Virus genome (UHGV): UHGV-0106419
DNA: 25,684 bases
Reading direction: 5' to 3' (one strand)
Source: a virus
Shown here: piece after piece, positions 10,818 to 18,374 of the stretch
Layout of the letters: each line of letters starts with the position of its first letter
Numbering within the stretch: position 1 is the stretch's first letter
Program-made: the position numbers and the translations under genes
Notes under the pieces: generated by a model
The model's input: only the letters and a program-made list of their open reading frames with translations
The model's database searches: none
Told to the model about the DNA's origin: nothing

Positions 10818-11717
10818 TTATGTCTGGATGTGGTCGTCAACACATCCTCTTTTAAATACAGGCGCTTTTACCTTAGTTGGATCATCTGTTTTAAAGATTT
10901 TCAATCGTTCACTGAAGAACATTACCTCAGATCCTTTGTACCGATCTTGAGCACTGTAGTTTATTCCATATACTAATGATGATGTCTTATACATAGCTTG
11001 GATCTCAGGAGTGTTATCGTAAGAAACAATCCAAGGTGTTTTAATATTATTCTGTACGACTTTTGCAACCCTAACATGATCATCATGATTATAATGGTTG
11101 ATATATAAACCTTTACCTTTTATGTAATAAGGTGGATCCAAATATGTTAATGAGTTTTGTGGCAATTGAATAACTATTTTTTTAATGAAATCAATTGCAT
11201 CCATGTTATATAAATCTATTCTGTGACGATTTTCTGATATTTTATGGATTCGAGAAATCAAATCACTCTTATTATAGCGAGCGTCAAGCTTCCATTTCCC
11301 TTCTTGATTTTTACCGCCAATTACTCCACCTTTTAATATTCCAGAACGATTTGTTCTATTGAGAAAAAAGGTTGAGAAACCAATTGTTAAAAGATCATGG
11401 TCTTTAGGATTATTAATTATATCTTTCTGCCTAAACCATTCATCCATTGTAACTTCAGTTCTTTCAATTAAAGAACATAATTGATCTGCATGATTTAATA
11501 CACTGTGCCAAAAAGCATAAACAGAAATATTAATATCATTAAGGATGATTTTTTCAGCTGCATTTAGATGTAACAGTTTCAATGCTAAACCAGCACCCCC
11601 AGCATATGGTTCGGCATAATGTATAGGCGAAAGATTATTTTCTTCAATAAGCCGAAGCATGAAATTTGCAAGCTTGCCTTTACCGCCAGGATAGCGAAGT
11701 GGGGTGTTAAAACGCAT
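10818..11717 (-). CDS. D12-class (Dam-family) N6-adenine DNA methyltransferase, 299 aa
   Basis: Motif I YAEPYAGGAG near the N-terminus and motif IV DPPYY at about residue 185, the alpha-class order. AGAGG RBS 7 nt upstream of the ATG. Confidence 0.8.
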   Translation of the reverse strand: MRFNTPLRYPGGKGKLANFMLRLIEENNLSPIHYAEPYAGGAGLALKLLHLNAAEKIILNDINISVYAFWHSVLNHADQLCSLIERTEVTMDEWFRQKDIINNPKDHDLLTIGFSTFFLNRTNRSGILKGGVIGGKNQEGKWKLDARYNKSDLISRIHKISENRHRIDLYNMDAIDFIKKIVIQLPQNSLTYLDPPYYIKGKGLYINHYNHDDHVRVAKVVQNNIKTPWIVSYDNTPEIQAMYKTSSLVYGINYSAQDRYKGSEVMFFSERLKIFKTDDPTKVKAPVFKRGCVDDHIQT

Positions 11718-11750
11718 ATGATACCTCTAAATGTCAGATCTAAAGTATAT

Positions 11751-11790
11751 CAAAAAAAGGGCTTTGTGGCCATCACATAAAGCCCTTTTT
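11751..11790 (-). terminator. Hairpin (AAAGGGCTTT...AAAGCCCTTT) with flanking T/A runs between the ATPase and MTase genes
   Basis: 10-bp stem read directly; U-run on both strands. Lies 7 nt downstream of the ATPase stop. Confidence 0.5.
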
Positions 11791-11796
11791 AATCAA

Positions 11797-13581
11797 TTAG
11801 TTATCTGACAGATATGATGAGATGGTAGCAGAATCGACACCATGTCCACTTGTCATAATAACTTTAAGACTCTTTATTAGTTCATTCTTGAAGCTATCCG
11901 ATTGCACAGGATTTTTCTCGACCCAATATCGATATGGGTTATCTTTAACTCGCCCTTTTACTTGGGCCTGAAATTGAGTCGTATGTGCAAAATCTTTAAA
12001 CAGTTTTCTAACTATCCCGCCATGGTTTTTGTTAACTTTTTTATAATTATCTATAAGGATTTTTAAATCAATCGGAGCGTTACCAATCTTTAGCGTTGCA
12101 ATTATGTCTTTAGCTGTTTTCATAAAAACAGCTTTTGTAAATTTATTTTTATTTTCCCAATATGCATCATCAGGTGGTAAATTATATAAAAACTCAAAAA
12201 TCATTTGGTCTGGAGGTAAGGTGCTTGGAAGCAAACATAAGTTTTTTTCTTTTTTGGCTTTTTTTGCATTAGCACTATTGTCGTGAACAACATCACCGTC
12301 TAAGACGATCAAGCTTTTAGCTGTAAATTCTGGTATTTTTCTTGCCATTAAGTCAAGCATGGCAGAGCAGCTAATATTTATATTCCCTAATGGATTTAAT
12401 ATTTTATTTATTTTTCGATCTGTTATCAATTGTTTGAAAAAGTCGAAACCTTCTTTGTCTTCAAAATATACATTTGCCTTTGGAAGACAAATGTCATCAT
12501 TAATTTTTACAGTTTCAACATGTAAATCAGCGTGGATATCTGTCCATGAAAGATTATTCTTTGTTTTAATATCTCCATATGTGTCTGTAAGATATATTGT
12601 TTTAAAGCTATCACTATCTTGTTTTGAACGATTATAGATATCCTCTATTATTAATGGAGAGTGCGAGGTCATGATTATTTGCAGATCGTATTGTTTTGCT
12701 GCTTTAGTTAGAATATTAATTAGCTCTAACTGTGCAGCAGGGAAAAGACCTGCATCGGCTTCATCAATTAACAATATTCCGCCATGATAATCAGAATAAG
12801 TTTCCTTCAATCTTTTAAATGAAAAAATTGCTTGGATTAATTGTCCAACATTATCTTCACCAACAGATACTGATTGGTGATCATAATTGTCACCATGGAC
12901 AACCATTGAATCGATAGTACCTTTTGTTGCTGTTACTGAGCTTCCATTGTTTTTTAGTAAGAGTTGGTTACTCATCATTCTAATTTCATCAGAATTTTCA
13001 TTGATGTACTGAACATCCCGTGTTGAGTAATCAGTCCTTAATGTAATAGGAAGAAGTCGTGCTAAGCTTAAAAAAATAACAGGATGAGTAACGTTTCTAC
13101 TTTGGTTTTTTTCCGGTATTGAATCATTTCCCCTGACTACAGGCCTTGATTTATCTCTGTCACTGTAGCTGTATAAACCTAATGTTAGTTTTTCAAGATG
13201 TTTGTTCGATGCACCATCATAGACACTAATTTTGACGTCCATTGAACCAGGAACATCAAATTGTTCTGAAAGCCTAAAATGTTCGCTGAAAGCTGACTTG
13301 AAGCTGCCATTTGTTAATGTTTTATATTGTGTTAAATCAGTCTCAGGGTTTTTGGTAAAGTCCTTTGTAAAGCTAAATATTTGGGCGATAATGCCAAGAA
13401 TTGTGGATTTAGATGTGCCATTTTTACCACAAATAACAGTTAGGCGAGAACCAAACTCGATGTTTATATTTTTCAGTCCGCGAAACTTCACAACATTTAT
13501 ATTTTTTAGTTTGGTAATTTGATTTGCCATGTTTCTATCTTGCTCCGTAAAATGGCCACAAATTGTGGCCAATAGTTTCAT
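11797..13581 (-). CDS. ABC-type ATPase with C-terminal TOPRIM-like domain (OLD-family-like nuclease); candidate defence/abortive-infection protein
   Basis: Walker A GKNGTSKST, Walker B ILLIDEADAG, H-loop MTSHSP. C-terminal YFEDKEGFDFF and IVLDGDV about 55 aa apart resemble the TOPRIM Glu and DxD motifs. An alternative start at 13530 (MANQ...) gives 577 aa. The first ATG is only 8 nt past the integrase stop. Confidence 0.65.
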   Translation of the reverse strand: MKLLATICGHFTEQDRNMANQITKLKNINVVKFRGLKNINIEFGSRLTVICGKNGTSKSTILGIIAQIFSFTKDFTKNPETDLTQYKTLTNGSFKSAFSEHFRLSEQFDVPGSMDVKISVYDGASNKHLEKLTLGLYSYSDRDKSRPVVRGNDSIPEKNQSRNVTHPVIFLSLARLLPITLRTDYSTRDVQYINENSDEIRMMSNQLLLKNNGSSVTATKGTIDSMVVHGDNYDHQSVSVGEDNVGQLIQAIFSFKRLKETYSDYHGGILLIDEADAGLFPAAQLELINILTKAAKQYDLQIIMTSHSPLIIEDIYNRSKQDSDSFKTIYLTDTYGDIKTKNNLSWTDIHADLHVETVKINDDICLPKANVYFEDKEGFDFFKQLITDRKINKILNPLGNINISCSAMLDLMARKIPEFTAKSLIVLDGDVVHDNSANAKKAKKEKNLCLLPSTLPPDQMIFEFLYNLPPDDAYWENKNKFTKAVFMKTAKDIIATLKIGNAPIDLKILIDNYKKVNKNHGGIVRKLFKDFAHTTQFQAQVKGRVKDNPYRYWVEKNPVQSDSFKNELIKSLKVIMTSGHGVDSATISSYLSDN

Positions 13582-13588
13582 GCTTGGA

Positions 13589-14755
13589 TTATATTGTTAT
13601 CTTCTTCAAGCTTGTTTGTCCATCATATTCCTTCAGATATGAGCCATAGTGCCTGAAAAGCATCTCAGGCCCTTTATGCCCCATTTGAGCTGCAAGCCAA
13701 AACAGGTTTGCTCCCCGGCTGATATGTCTGGTGGCGAATGTATGCCTGGTTTGATATGGGTTTCTGTAACGAATACCTGCTTTTCGCAATGTTGGCACCC
13801 ATGCTTTTTTCCTAATTGCATCAGCACTTGCCCAGGGTTTATTGGTCTTTGGATCTTCAAAGACAGTAGCATCCTTCATGAATGTAAATGGCTTCTGGTT
13901 TATCAACGCCAACATTGCTTCTTCAGTCAGTTCAACTTTACGGGTACCGGCTTTTGTCTTTGTTCCTTTGATAACTCCGACAACACTTGCGCTCTGAACA
14001 TGGGCTGTTTTTCCAACAAAGTCGATATCATGCCATCGTAGGGCACATAATTCAGAACTACGCAGGCCTGTATGTATGGCGAACCGGAACAGATTTTCCC
14101 ATTGTTTGTTTCCGGCTGCTGCTAGTAATGCATCAACTTCTGCTGGTGATAGCGGATCAACCACATAGCTGCTTTCTGCTTCTGACTTATCACTTTGGTA
14201 GCGCGAAGCAGTTACCAACGATACGGGGTTAATTTGAAGTACCCCATCGGTTACGGCTTCATCAAGTGCTGACCGCAGGAAAGATAACTGGTTGCGAATT
14301 GTTTTTAAGGTCGTTTTCTGGCTTTGAATCCACGCTTTCAGGATTGCTGGTGTTAATTCACTTGCAGGGCAAATGTGGAGTGAGGCTAACGCACTACGGC
14401 ATTTTTTATAACCACCAATCGTAGATGGTGAAAGTTTTCTCGTTTCGCAGATTTCAAGGTATTCGTCCAGGTACATTTTTACCGTTTTGCCTGCAGCAGC
14501 ATTACCAAAAATTTTCAAACGAGCAGAACGGGGAAAATATTCCGCATAAATGAATGTTCCCCTTTCGATCTTATTATGAATTTCGCCGAGTGTGCGCTCG
14601 GCGTATTTAATGTTCTTTGGTGTTACTTCCAGATTGGAAAGAGGCTCACGACATTTAACGCCTTTGTAGGTGAAAGTTATATTGATCGTTTCGCCCTGGC
14701 GGTGTTTCCTGATTGTTACGCCGCGCGGTAGTTTGAGCAGTTTTGTCTGGCCCAT
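13589..14755 (-). CDS. Phage integrase (tyrosine recombinase), 388 aa
   Basis: C-terminal catalytic region ...RHTFATRHISRGANLFWLAAQMGHKGPEMLFRHYGSY (R/H/Y residues) and N-terminal arm-binding-type domain. Overlaps the upstream xis-like ORF by 40 nt. Confidence 0.85.
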   Translation of the reverse strand: MGQTKLLKLPRGVTIRKHRQGETINITFTYKGVKCREPLSNLEVTPKNIKYAERTLGEIHNKIERGTFIYAEYFPRSARLKIFGNAAAGKTVKMYLDEYLEICETRKLSPSTIGGYKKCRSALASLHICPASELTPAILKAWIQSQKTTLKTIRNQLSFLRSALDEAVTDGVLQINPVSLVTASRYQSDKSEAESSYVVDPLSPAEVDALLAAAGNKQWENLFRFAIHTGLRSSELCALRWHDIDFVGKTAHVQSASVVGVIKGTKTKAGTRKVELTEEAMLALINQKPFTFMKDATVFEDPKTNKPWASADAIRKKAWVPTLRKAGIRYRNPYQTRHTFATRHISRGANLFWLAAQMGHKGPEMLFRHYGSYLKEYDGQTSLKKITI

Positions 14756-14934
14756 TTTGCAACCTCACTAAGATCAATCCACCTCTCCTTAACGCCTTCA
14801 ACCTTTAAAACCTGAACACCTTCACGCCAAACACCGCGCTGTACACGTTTGTTTATTGCTTCAGGAGTTTCGCCAGTTTCTTTGCAATAAGTTGAGATAG
14901 GAACACAATCGAGGTTCAGCATATGTTTCTCCAC
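14716..14934 (-). CDS. Putative excisionase/Xis-like small DNA-binding protein (72 aa)
   Basis: Position immediately upstream of and overlapping int; small basic protein. Family assignment is from position and size only. Confidence 0.45.
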   Translation of the reverse strand: MEKHMLNLDCVPISTYCKETGETPEAINKRVQRGVWREGVQVLKVEGVKERWIDLSEVAKWARQNCSNYRAA

Positions 14935-14981
14935 TTAGCCCGCTGCACATGGGCAGTAATATCAAATTCCAGTCCTGATAA

Positions 14982-15197
14982 TTAATTTTGTTCTCTGGTT
15001 GCTACTTGTTTTATTGGCCTGATGCTGTCCAGGAGCAGACGGCGGCGCATGTTTGGCGCGCCCCAACGGTAACCAGTCTTTTTGTCGTAGGATTCACAAC
15101 GTCCGACAACCCAGGAGGTTTCAGTGGAATGTAATTTCATCCGCTTTTCACCGTCTCGGGTGATAACAATTCCTGTATGAGTTTTTATCACGCTCAT
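14982..15197 (-). CDS. Hypothetical phage early protein (71 aa)
   Basis: ORF in the early-left operon, 4-nt overlap with the upstream gene. Confidence 0.45.
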   Translation of the reverse strand: MSVIKTHTGIVITRDGEKRMKLHSTETSWVVGRCESYDKKTGYRWGAPNMRRRLLLDSIRPIKQVATREQN

Positions 15198-15556
15198 TTT
15201 TTATTCTCCGGTGCTTTCGGCATTACTGCCCAGTGGGTAATATTGACGTTTTCAAGGTCCCCGACCTGAAATGTCCACTGCCATTCTCCGGTTTCTTTTT
15301 GCCCCCATGTGTACCAGAGAGAACGCCAGCCAATCAGCCAGCCTTCTCCATTAGCATCAAATAACAGAACACTTTCATGTGCTGGCGGCAGTTCAGCTGA
15401 CACTGGTATTACTTTGTTTTCCAGTGCTGCACATTTAGCTTCAAGCGCATCGAATTTACGTATCAGGTATTCAGCATCCGTTTCATTCACTTTCAGATCT
15501 CGCGGTACACATTTCCCGCGAAGAAACCCTTCCATTTCGAAAACATTCATGCGCAT
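15194..15556 (-). CDS. Hypothetical phage early protein (120 aa), Trp-rich C-terminus
   Basis: ORF in the early-left operon overlapping the HD-hydrolase gene end; no motif recognised. Confidence 0.45.
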   Translation of the reverse strand: MRMNVFEMEGFLRGKCVPRDLKVNETDAEYLIRKFDALEAKCAALENKVIPVSAELPPAHESVLLFDANGEGWLIGWRSLWYTWGQKETGEWQWTFQVGDLENVNITHWAVMPKAPENKK

Positions 15557-16083
15557 TTGCGTAACTCCGATAACTCGTTGAAGCGCTCAATAAACATCCC
15601 GTAGGCATGGCTCGGTGCCAGTGGAATCACGTTGAACATCTCTGTTGCCGGGATACCTTCCAGTACAGGCCAGAAAGAGCCATCATCAAGCCCGAGATCG
15701 CGGCGTTCGGTTGCCAGCATGATGAGATCGGCATATTTCACAGGCGTGCTCATAACCGTGGGTAACCCGTATTTCTCACGGATTACGGCGTCTATTTTTT
15801 CTTCCATCCGTTTATAGTCGGGAAGAAGGCGTTTCAGTGGCGCGGGGATGTCCTGGCAATACGCTTCTGTCGCATCATGCATTAACGCTTCAAAAGCAAA
15901 TTCCTGCGGTACCAGCTGGCTGCAAAGCACCGCATGTTGGGCGACGCTGTAGAAGTGTGAAAGATGGCCGGCAAAGCGACAGATATTTGAAAGGGAAACC
16001 GCGATATCGTTAATATCGATGTTGTCTTTATTTATCCTGTCATAATAAAAATGCTTCCCGGAAAAAGTTTTAATAAATGACAT
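15547..16083 (-). CDS. HD-domain phosphohydrolase (YfbR-like 5'-deoxynucleotidase family), 178 aa
   Basis: H...HD metal-binding pattern (SVAQHAV ... ALMHDATEAY). Start placed at MSFIKTF (ATG 16083) with GGAGAA RBS; the ORF-track start at 16143 is an unsupported extension. Confidence 0.65.
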   Translation of the reverse strand: MSFIKTFSGKHFYYDRINKDNIDINDIAVSLSNICRFAGHLSHFYSVAQHAVLCSQLVPQEFAFEALMHDATEAYCQDIPAPLKRLLPDYKRMEEKIDAVIREKYGLPTVMSTPVKYADLIMLATERRDLGLDDGSFWPVLEGIPATEMFNVIPLAPSHAYGMFIERFNELSELRKCA

Positions 16084-16564
16084 TTTGTTCTCCACGTTAT
16101 ATGCGCTGCACCGCGCTGAATTCGGGTAAAAGGAAGCCCTCACCGTCCGGCGATTATTGAGTCAATTACATTTCCATAAATGCCCCCGTAGGGGCGGTTA
16201 GTTTCTCCACAAAACAGAGAAGAACACCTGCGGTGGCAGCCGCCCGGATGGATTGGGTTATGAGCCCGTCGTCCGATGATGCTCTTCTCTGTTTTGTAAA
16301 AAGGACGGTACCAGCCGGAAGCAAGGGTACAAGCTGGTACCGCCAAGACAACACACAGCATAAAGTTGTGGTGCCGGGTGCCTCCCGGTGCCTGGCGAAG
16401 GTTGTACACCAGACGGGTGGGTATCCACAGAAGGTCGACTGTCAGCCTTAACCTTAACCCGCGTGCGCTGAGCCGCATTCACCACAACGCTAAGGATTCT
16501 CTCTGGTTGAAAATACTTAGCTGTTATGTGCCTGCTTTTAGCCACATCAGGCGAGGTGGACCTG

Positions 16565-16600
16565 GTTATTCCCCAACAACAAGGATTCGGTATAATCTGG
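16565..16600 (+). promoter_or_regulatory. Candidate promoter for the micro-ORF/SieB-like operon (consensus -10 TATAAT at 16591-16596)
   Basis: Exact TATAAT about 33 nt upstream of the first micro-ORF; the -35 is poor (TTATTC). Confidence 0.3.
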
Positions 16601-16628
16601 ATATCCCAACAACAGGTAGGAAGGAAAT

Positions 16629-16712
16629 ATGTACGTAGATAGCAATGAAAAATTTCATGTTCCGGTAAATCAGAGACCAGCACCGATCCCTGAGCCGAAA
16701 CCTGAAATGTAA
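16629..16712 (+). CDS. Micro-ORF A (27 aa): MYVDSNEKFHVPVNQRPAPIPEPKPEM
   Basis: ATG preceded by AGGAAGGA RBS; shares the H-x-P...RP-x-P-x-PEPKP motif with micro-ORFs B and C; ends 10 nt before the SieB-like start. Confidence 0.4.
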   Translation: MYVDSNEKFHVPVNQRPAPIPEPKPEM

Positions 16713-16722
16713 GGGAATAGAG

Positions 16723-17202
16723 ATGACTCGAGACGATCTAGCATTCGATATTCATTATTCTTTCTTTCTTGAGAAAATGAATTACACCCTTTTAAATCGG
16801 ATAGACAAGAGCATAACTCTTGTTCTCATTGTCTTGGGCTTTTCTGTTTTTGCGCCATATAGCAATATGTTTATTTTTGGCGCATCTGTAGCTATTTTGT
16901 CGGTGCTTCAATTGGTATACCAATTTGGGCAGGAAGCTGGCTTATCAAAGGAACAGATGCGACAGTATAAAAGGTTGATTGTTGAGTTTTCCTCCCTTTC
17001 TGATGACGAACTACGCACTCGGTTTTTAAAGGTTCAAGACGCTGATAGTAATCCATGGAGATCTTTACAAGATGCTGCGTTCAAACGGACCTGTATTGCG
17101 CTGGGACGTGTTGATGAGTCAGAAATATCATTCATGCATAGCGTTATCGCATGGTTTGCTGGAGATTTGCCTCGGTCAAAAAGGTGTAATAATGACAAAT
17201 AG
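16723..17202 (+). CDS. SieB-like small membrane protein (159 aa), putative superinfection exclusion
   Basis: Two adjacent hydrophobic segments (ITLVLIVLGFSVFAPY, MFIFGASVAILSVLQLVY). Encoded opposite to the pL operon next to the cI-like repressor, as sieB is in lambda and Rac. AGGGA RBS. Confidence 0.45.
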   Translation: MTRDDLAFDIHYSFFLEKMNYTLLNRIDKSITLVLIVLGFSVFAPYSNMFIFGASVAILSVLQLVYQFGQEAGLSKEQMRQYKRLIVEFSSLSDDELRTRFLKVQDADSNPWRSLQDAAFKRTCIALGRVDESEISFMHSVIAWFAGDLPRSKRCNNDK

Positions 17203-17308
17203 AATTCCCATAATCCCTAACCATGTACCTCCAAAGCCCAGACCACCATCACCAAAGTCACACAGGCTTTATGAGTATGAATTAATAATGGATTCTATAT
17301 TGAGATGA
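17192..17308 (+). CDS. Micro-ORF B (38 aa): MTNRIPIIPNHVPPKPRPPSPKSHRLYEYELIMDSILR
   Basis: Overlaps the SieB-like stop in another frame; shares the proline-rich motif. Confidence 0.35.
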   Translation: MTNRIPIIPNHVPPKPRPPSPKSHRLYEYELIMDSILR

Positions 17309-17312
17309 CCAA

Positions 17313-17402
17313 ATGAATGCATTTATATATACATGGAAAGAGGATCATATACCCTTAAAACCTCGTCCTTCACCGCCAGAACCGAAGCCAAAATCCCGTT
17401 AA
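17313..17402 (+). CDS. Micro-ORF C (29 aa): MNAFIYTWKEDHIPLKPRPSPPEPKPKSR
   Basis: Starts 5 nt after micro-ORF B; shares the motif HIPLKPRPSPPEPKPK. Confidence 0.35.
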   Translation: MNAFIYTWKEDHIPLKPRPSPPEPKPKSR

Positions 17403-17537
17403 GTGTTGGGGATCTCCAGATTGTTAAAGAGCGAAGCGTCCTATAGGGCGCTTTTTTGTTGCTAACGAATCATCCTGGACTTCATATGCCCCAGGCGGCT
17501 ACTTCGTGGGCGTCCTACCTGTTCGTTGTTTCTCTTG

Positions 17538-17570
17538 GGTACATTATGTATCTCAAAGGTACATTGTCAA
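17538..17570 (-). promoter_or_regulatory. pL-like promoter with overlapping operator half-sites (GGTACA / TGTACC)
   Basis: On the minus strand: -35 TTGACA (17565-17570), 16-bp spacer, -10 CATAAT (17543-17548); GGTACA half-sites at 17538 and 17559. Confidence 0.4.
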
Positions 17571-17573
17571 GTA

Positions 17574-17597
17574 TAAAAAAACCTGCCGAAGCAGGTT
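17574..17597 (-). terminator. Rho-independent terminator downstream of the cI-like gene
   Basis: Minus strand reads AACCTGC-TTCG-GCAGGTT followed by TTTTTTT; 13 nt after the repressor stop. Confidence 0.55.
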
Positions 17598-17609
17598 CAT
17601 AAACATTGA

Positions 17610-18284
17610 TTAGGCTTTGATTTTGTATCTTCTTGGTTTTCCTGAGAAAATCACTGTACCAATTATAGAGCAATTACCGTTGATCTTAATGTAAGGTTCA
17701 GGCCAGTTTGGGTTTAATGCTTTGAGGTAACGCTGTGTTCCATCTTCTATCAACCGCTTGAAGGTGGTTTCGCCTGTATCGTGCATCAATGCAATAACGT
17801 CGTCACCGTGGCAGGCAGGGACTTCAGGATCAACAAAAATCATGTCTCCCGGGCGGTACTCATCAATCATTGAATCACCAATCACCCGCAAGATATAAGT
17901 CATTTCGCCACAGGGTACAGGGCAGGGGTAAGTTTCTGCTGTGCTCAAATCAACCTCAGAATAGCCAACTTCTTTCCATGCTCCGGCCTGTACCCATGAT
18001 ATGACAGGGACTAACGTTATTTGTTTGTTAGTGATTGAAACATCAGGTTTTTTTGTGATGTTCGTGGTCTGGTGTTCTTGATCAAGCCATCCGACAGGCA
18101 GGTCGAAACATTTTTCGATGTGCCGCGCCATGCTGTCACCGATATTTTTAGTAGCACCATCTCCCATAAACCTGCTGGTCTGGGTTGGCTCGCGATCAAT
18201 CATAGTGGCAAAGGAAGAATTCCCGCCAACACCATCTCTCAGTTTTCTGGCGTTAGACCGCCGGATGTCATGGATTGTTTTCAT
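17610..18284 (-). CDS. cI-like prophage repressor (N-terminal HTH, C-terminal S24 LexA-like peptidase domain), 224 aa
   Basis: S24 motifs GDSM (Ser nucleophile) and downstream Lys (FKRL); divergent from the cro-like gene; operator repeats on both sides. Confidence 0.8.
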   Translation of the reverse strand: MKTIHDIRRSNARKLRDGVGGNSSFATMIDREPTQTSRFMGDGATKNIGDSMARHIEKCFDLPVGWLDQEHQTTNITKKPDVSITNKQITLVPVISWVQAGAWKEVGYSEVDLSTAETYPCPVPCGEMTYILRVIGDSMIDEYRPGDMIFVDPEVPACHGDDVIALMHDTGETTFKRLIEDGTQRYLKALNPNWPEPYIKINGNCSIIGTVIFSGKPRRYKIKA

Positions 18285-18298
18285 AACGAAATTAAAAC

Positions 18299-18369
18299 CC
18301 TTGTACCGTTAAGGTACAAGTATCTTGAAGGTTCATTTTAATCATGTAATATGTACACCGGAGGTACAT
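18299..18369. promoter_or_regulatory. OR-like operator/promoter region between the cI-like and cro-like genes
   Basis: Palindromes CTTGTACC-GTTAA-GGTACAAG (18299-18319) and ATGTAC-ACCGGAG-GTACAT (18351-18369); candidate PR -35 TTGAAG (18325-18330) and -10 TAATAT (18347-18352), 16-bp spacer. Confidence 0.5.
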
Positions 18370-18374
18370 ATTGT

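Noticed and set aside
13531-13581. 17-codon N-terminal extension of the ATPase (MKLLATICGHFTEQDRN)
   Set aside because: Not rejected outright, but doubtful: there is no RBS before the first ATG and the stretch encodes the GGCCACAATTTGTGGCC palindrome. The ATG at 13530 has a GGAG upstream and is the likelier start, so the first ATG is reported with this caveat.
16209-16297. Possible retron msr/msd from the 15-bp inverted repeat
   Set aside because: The repeat spacing (~55 nt) is too short for a retron and no reverse transcriptase gene is adjacent.
16140-16683. Overlapping ORFs on both strands (112, 141, 62, 72 and 90 aa)
   Set aside because: Mutually overlapping, Arg/Cys/Pro-rich, no RBS or domain; typical of GC-rich structured non-coding DNA, so the region is treated as non-coding.
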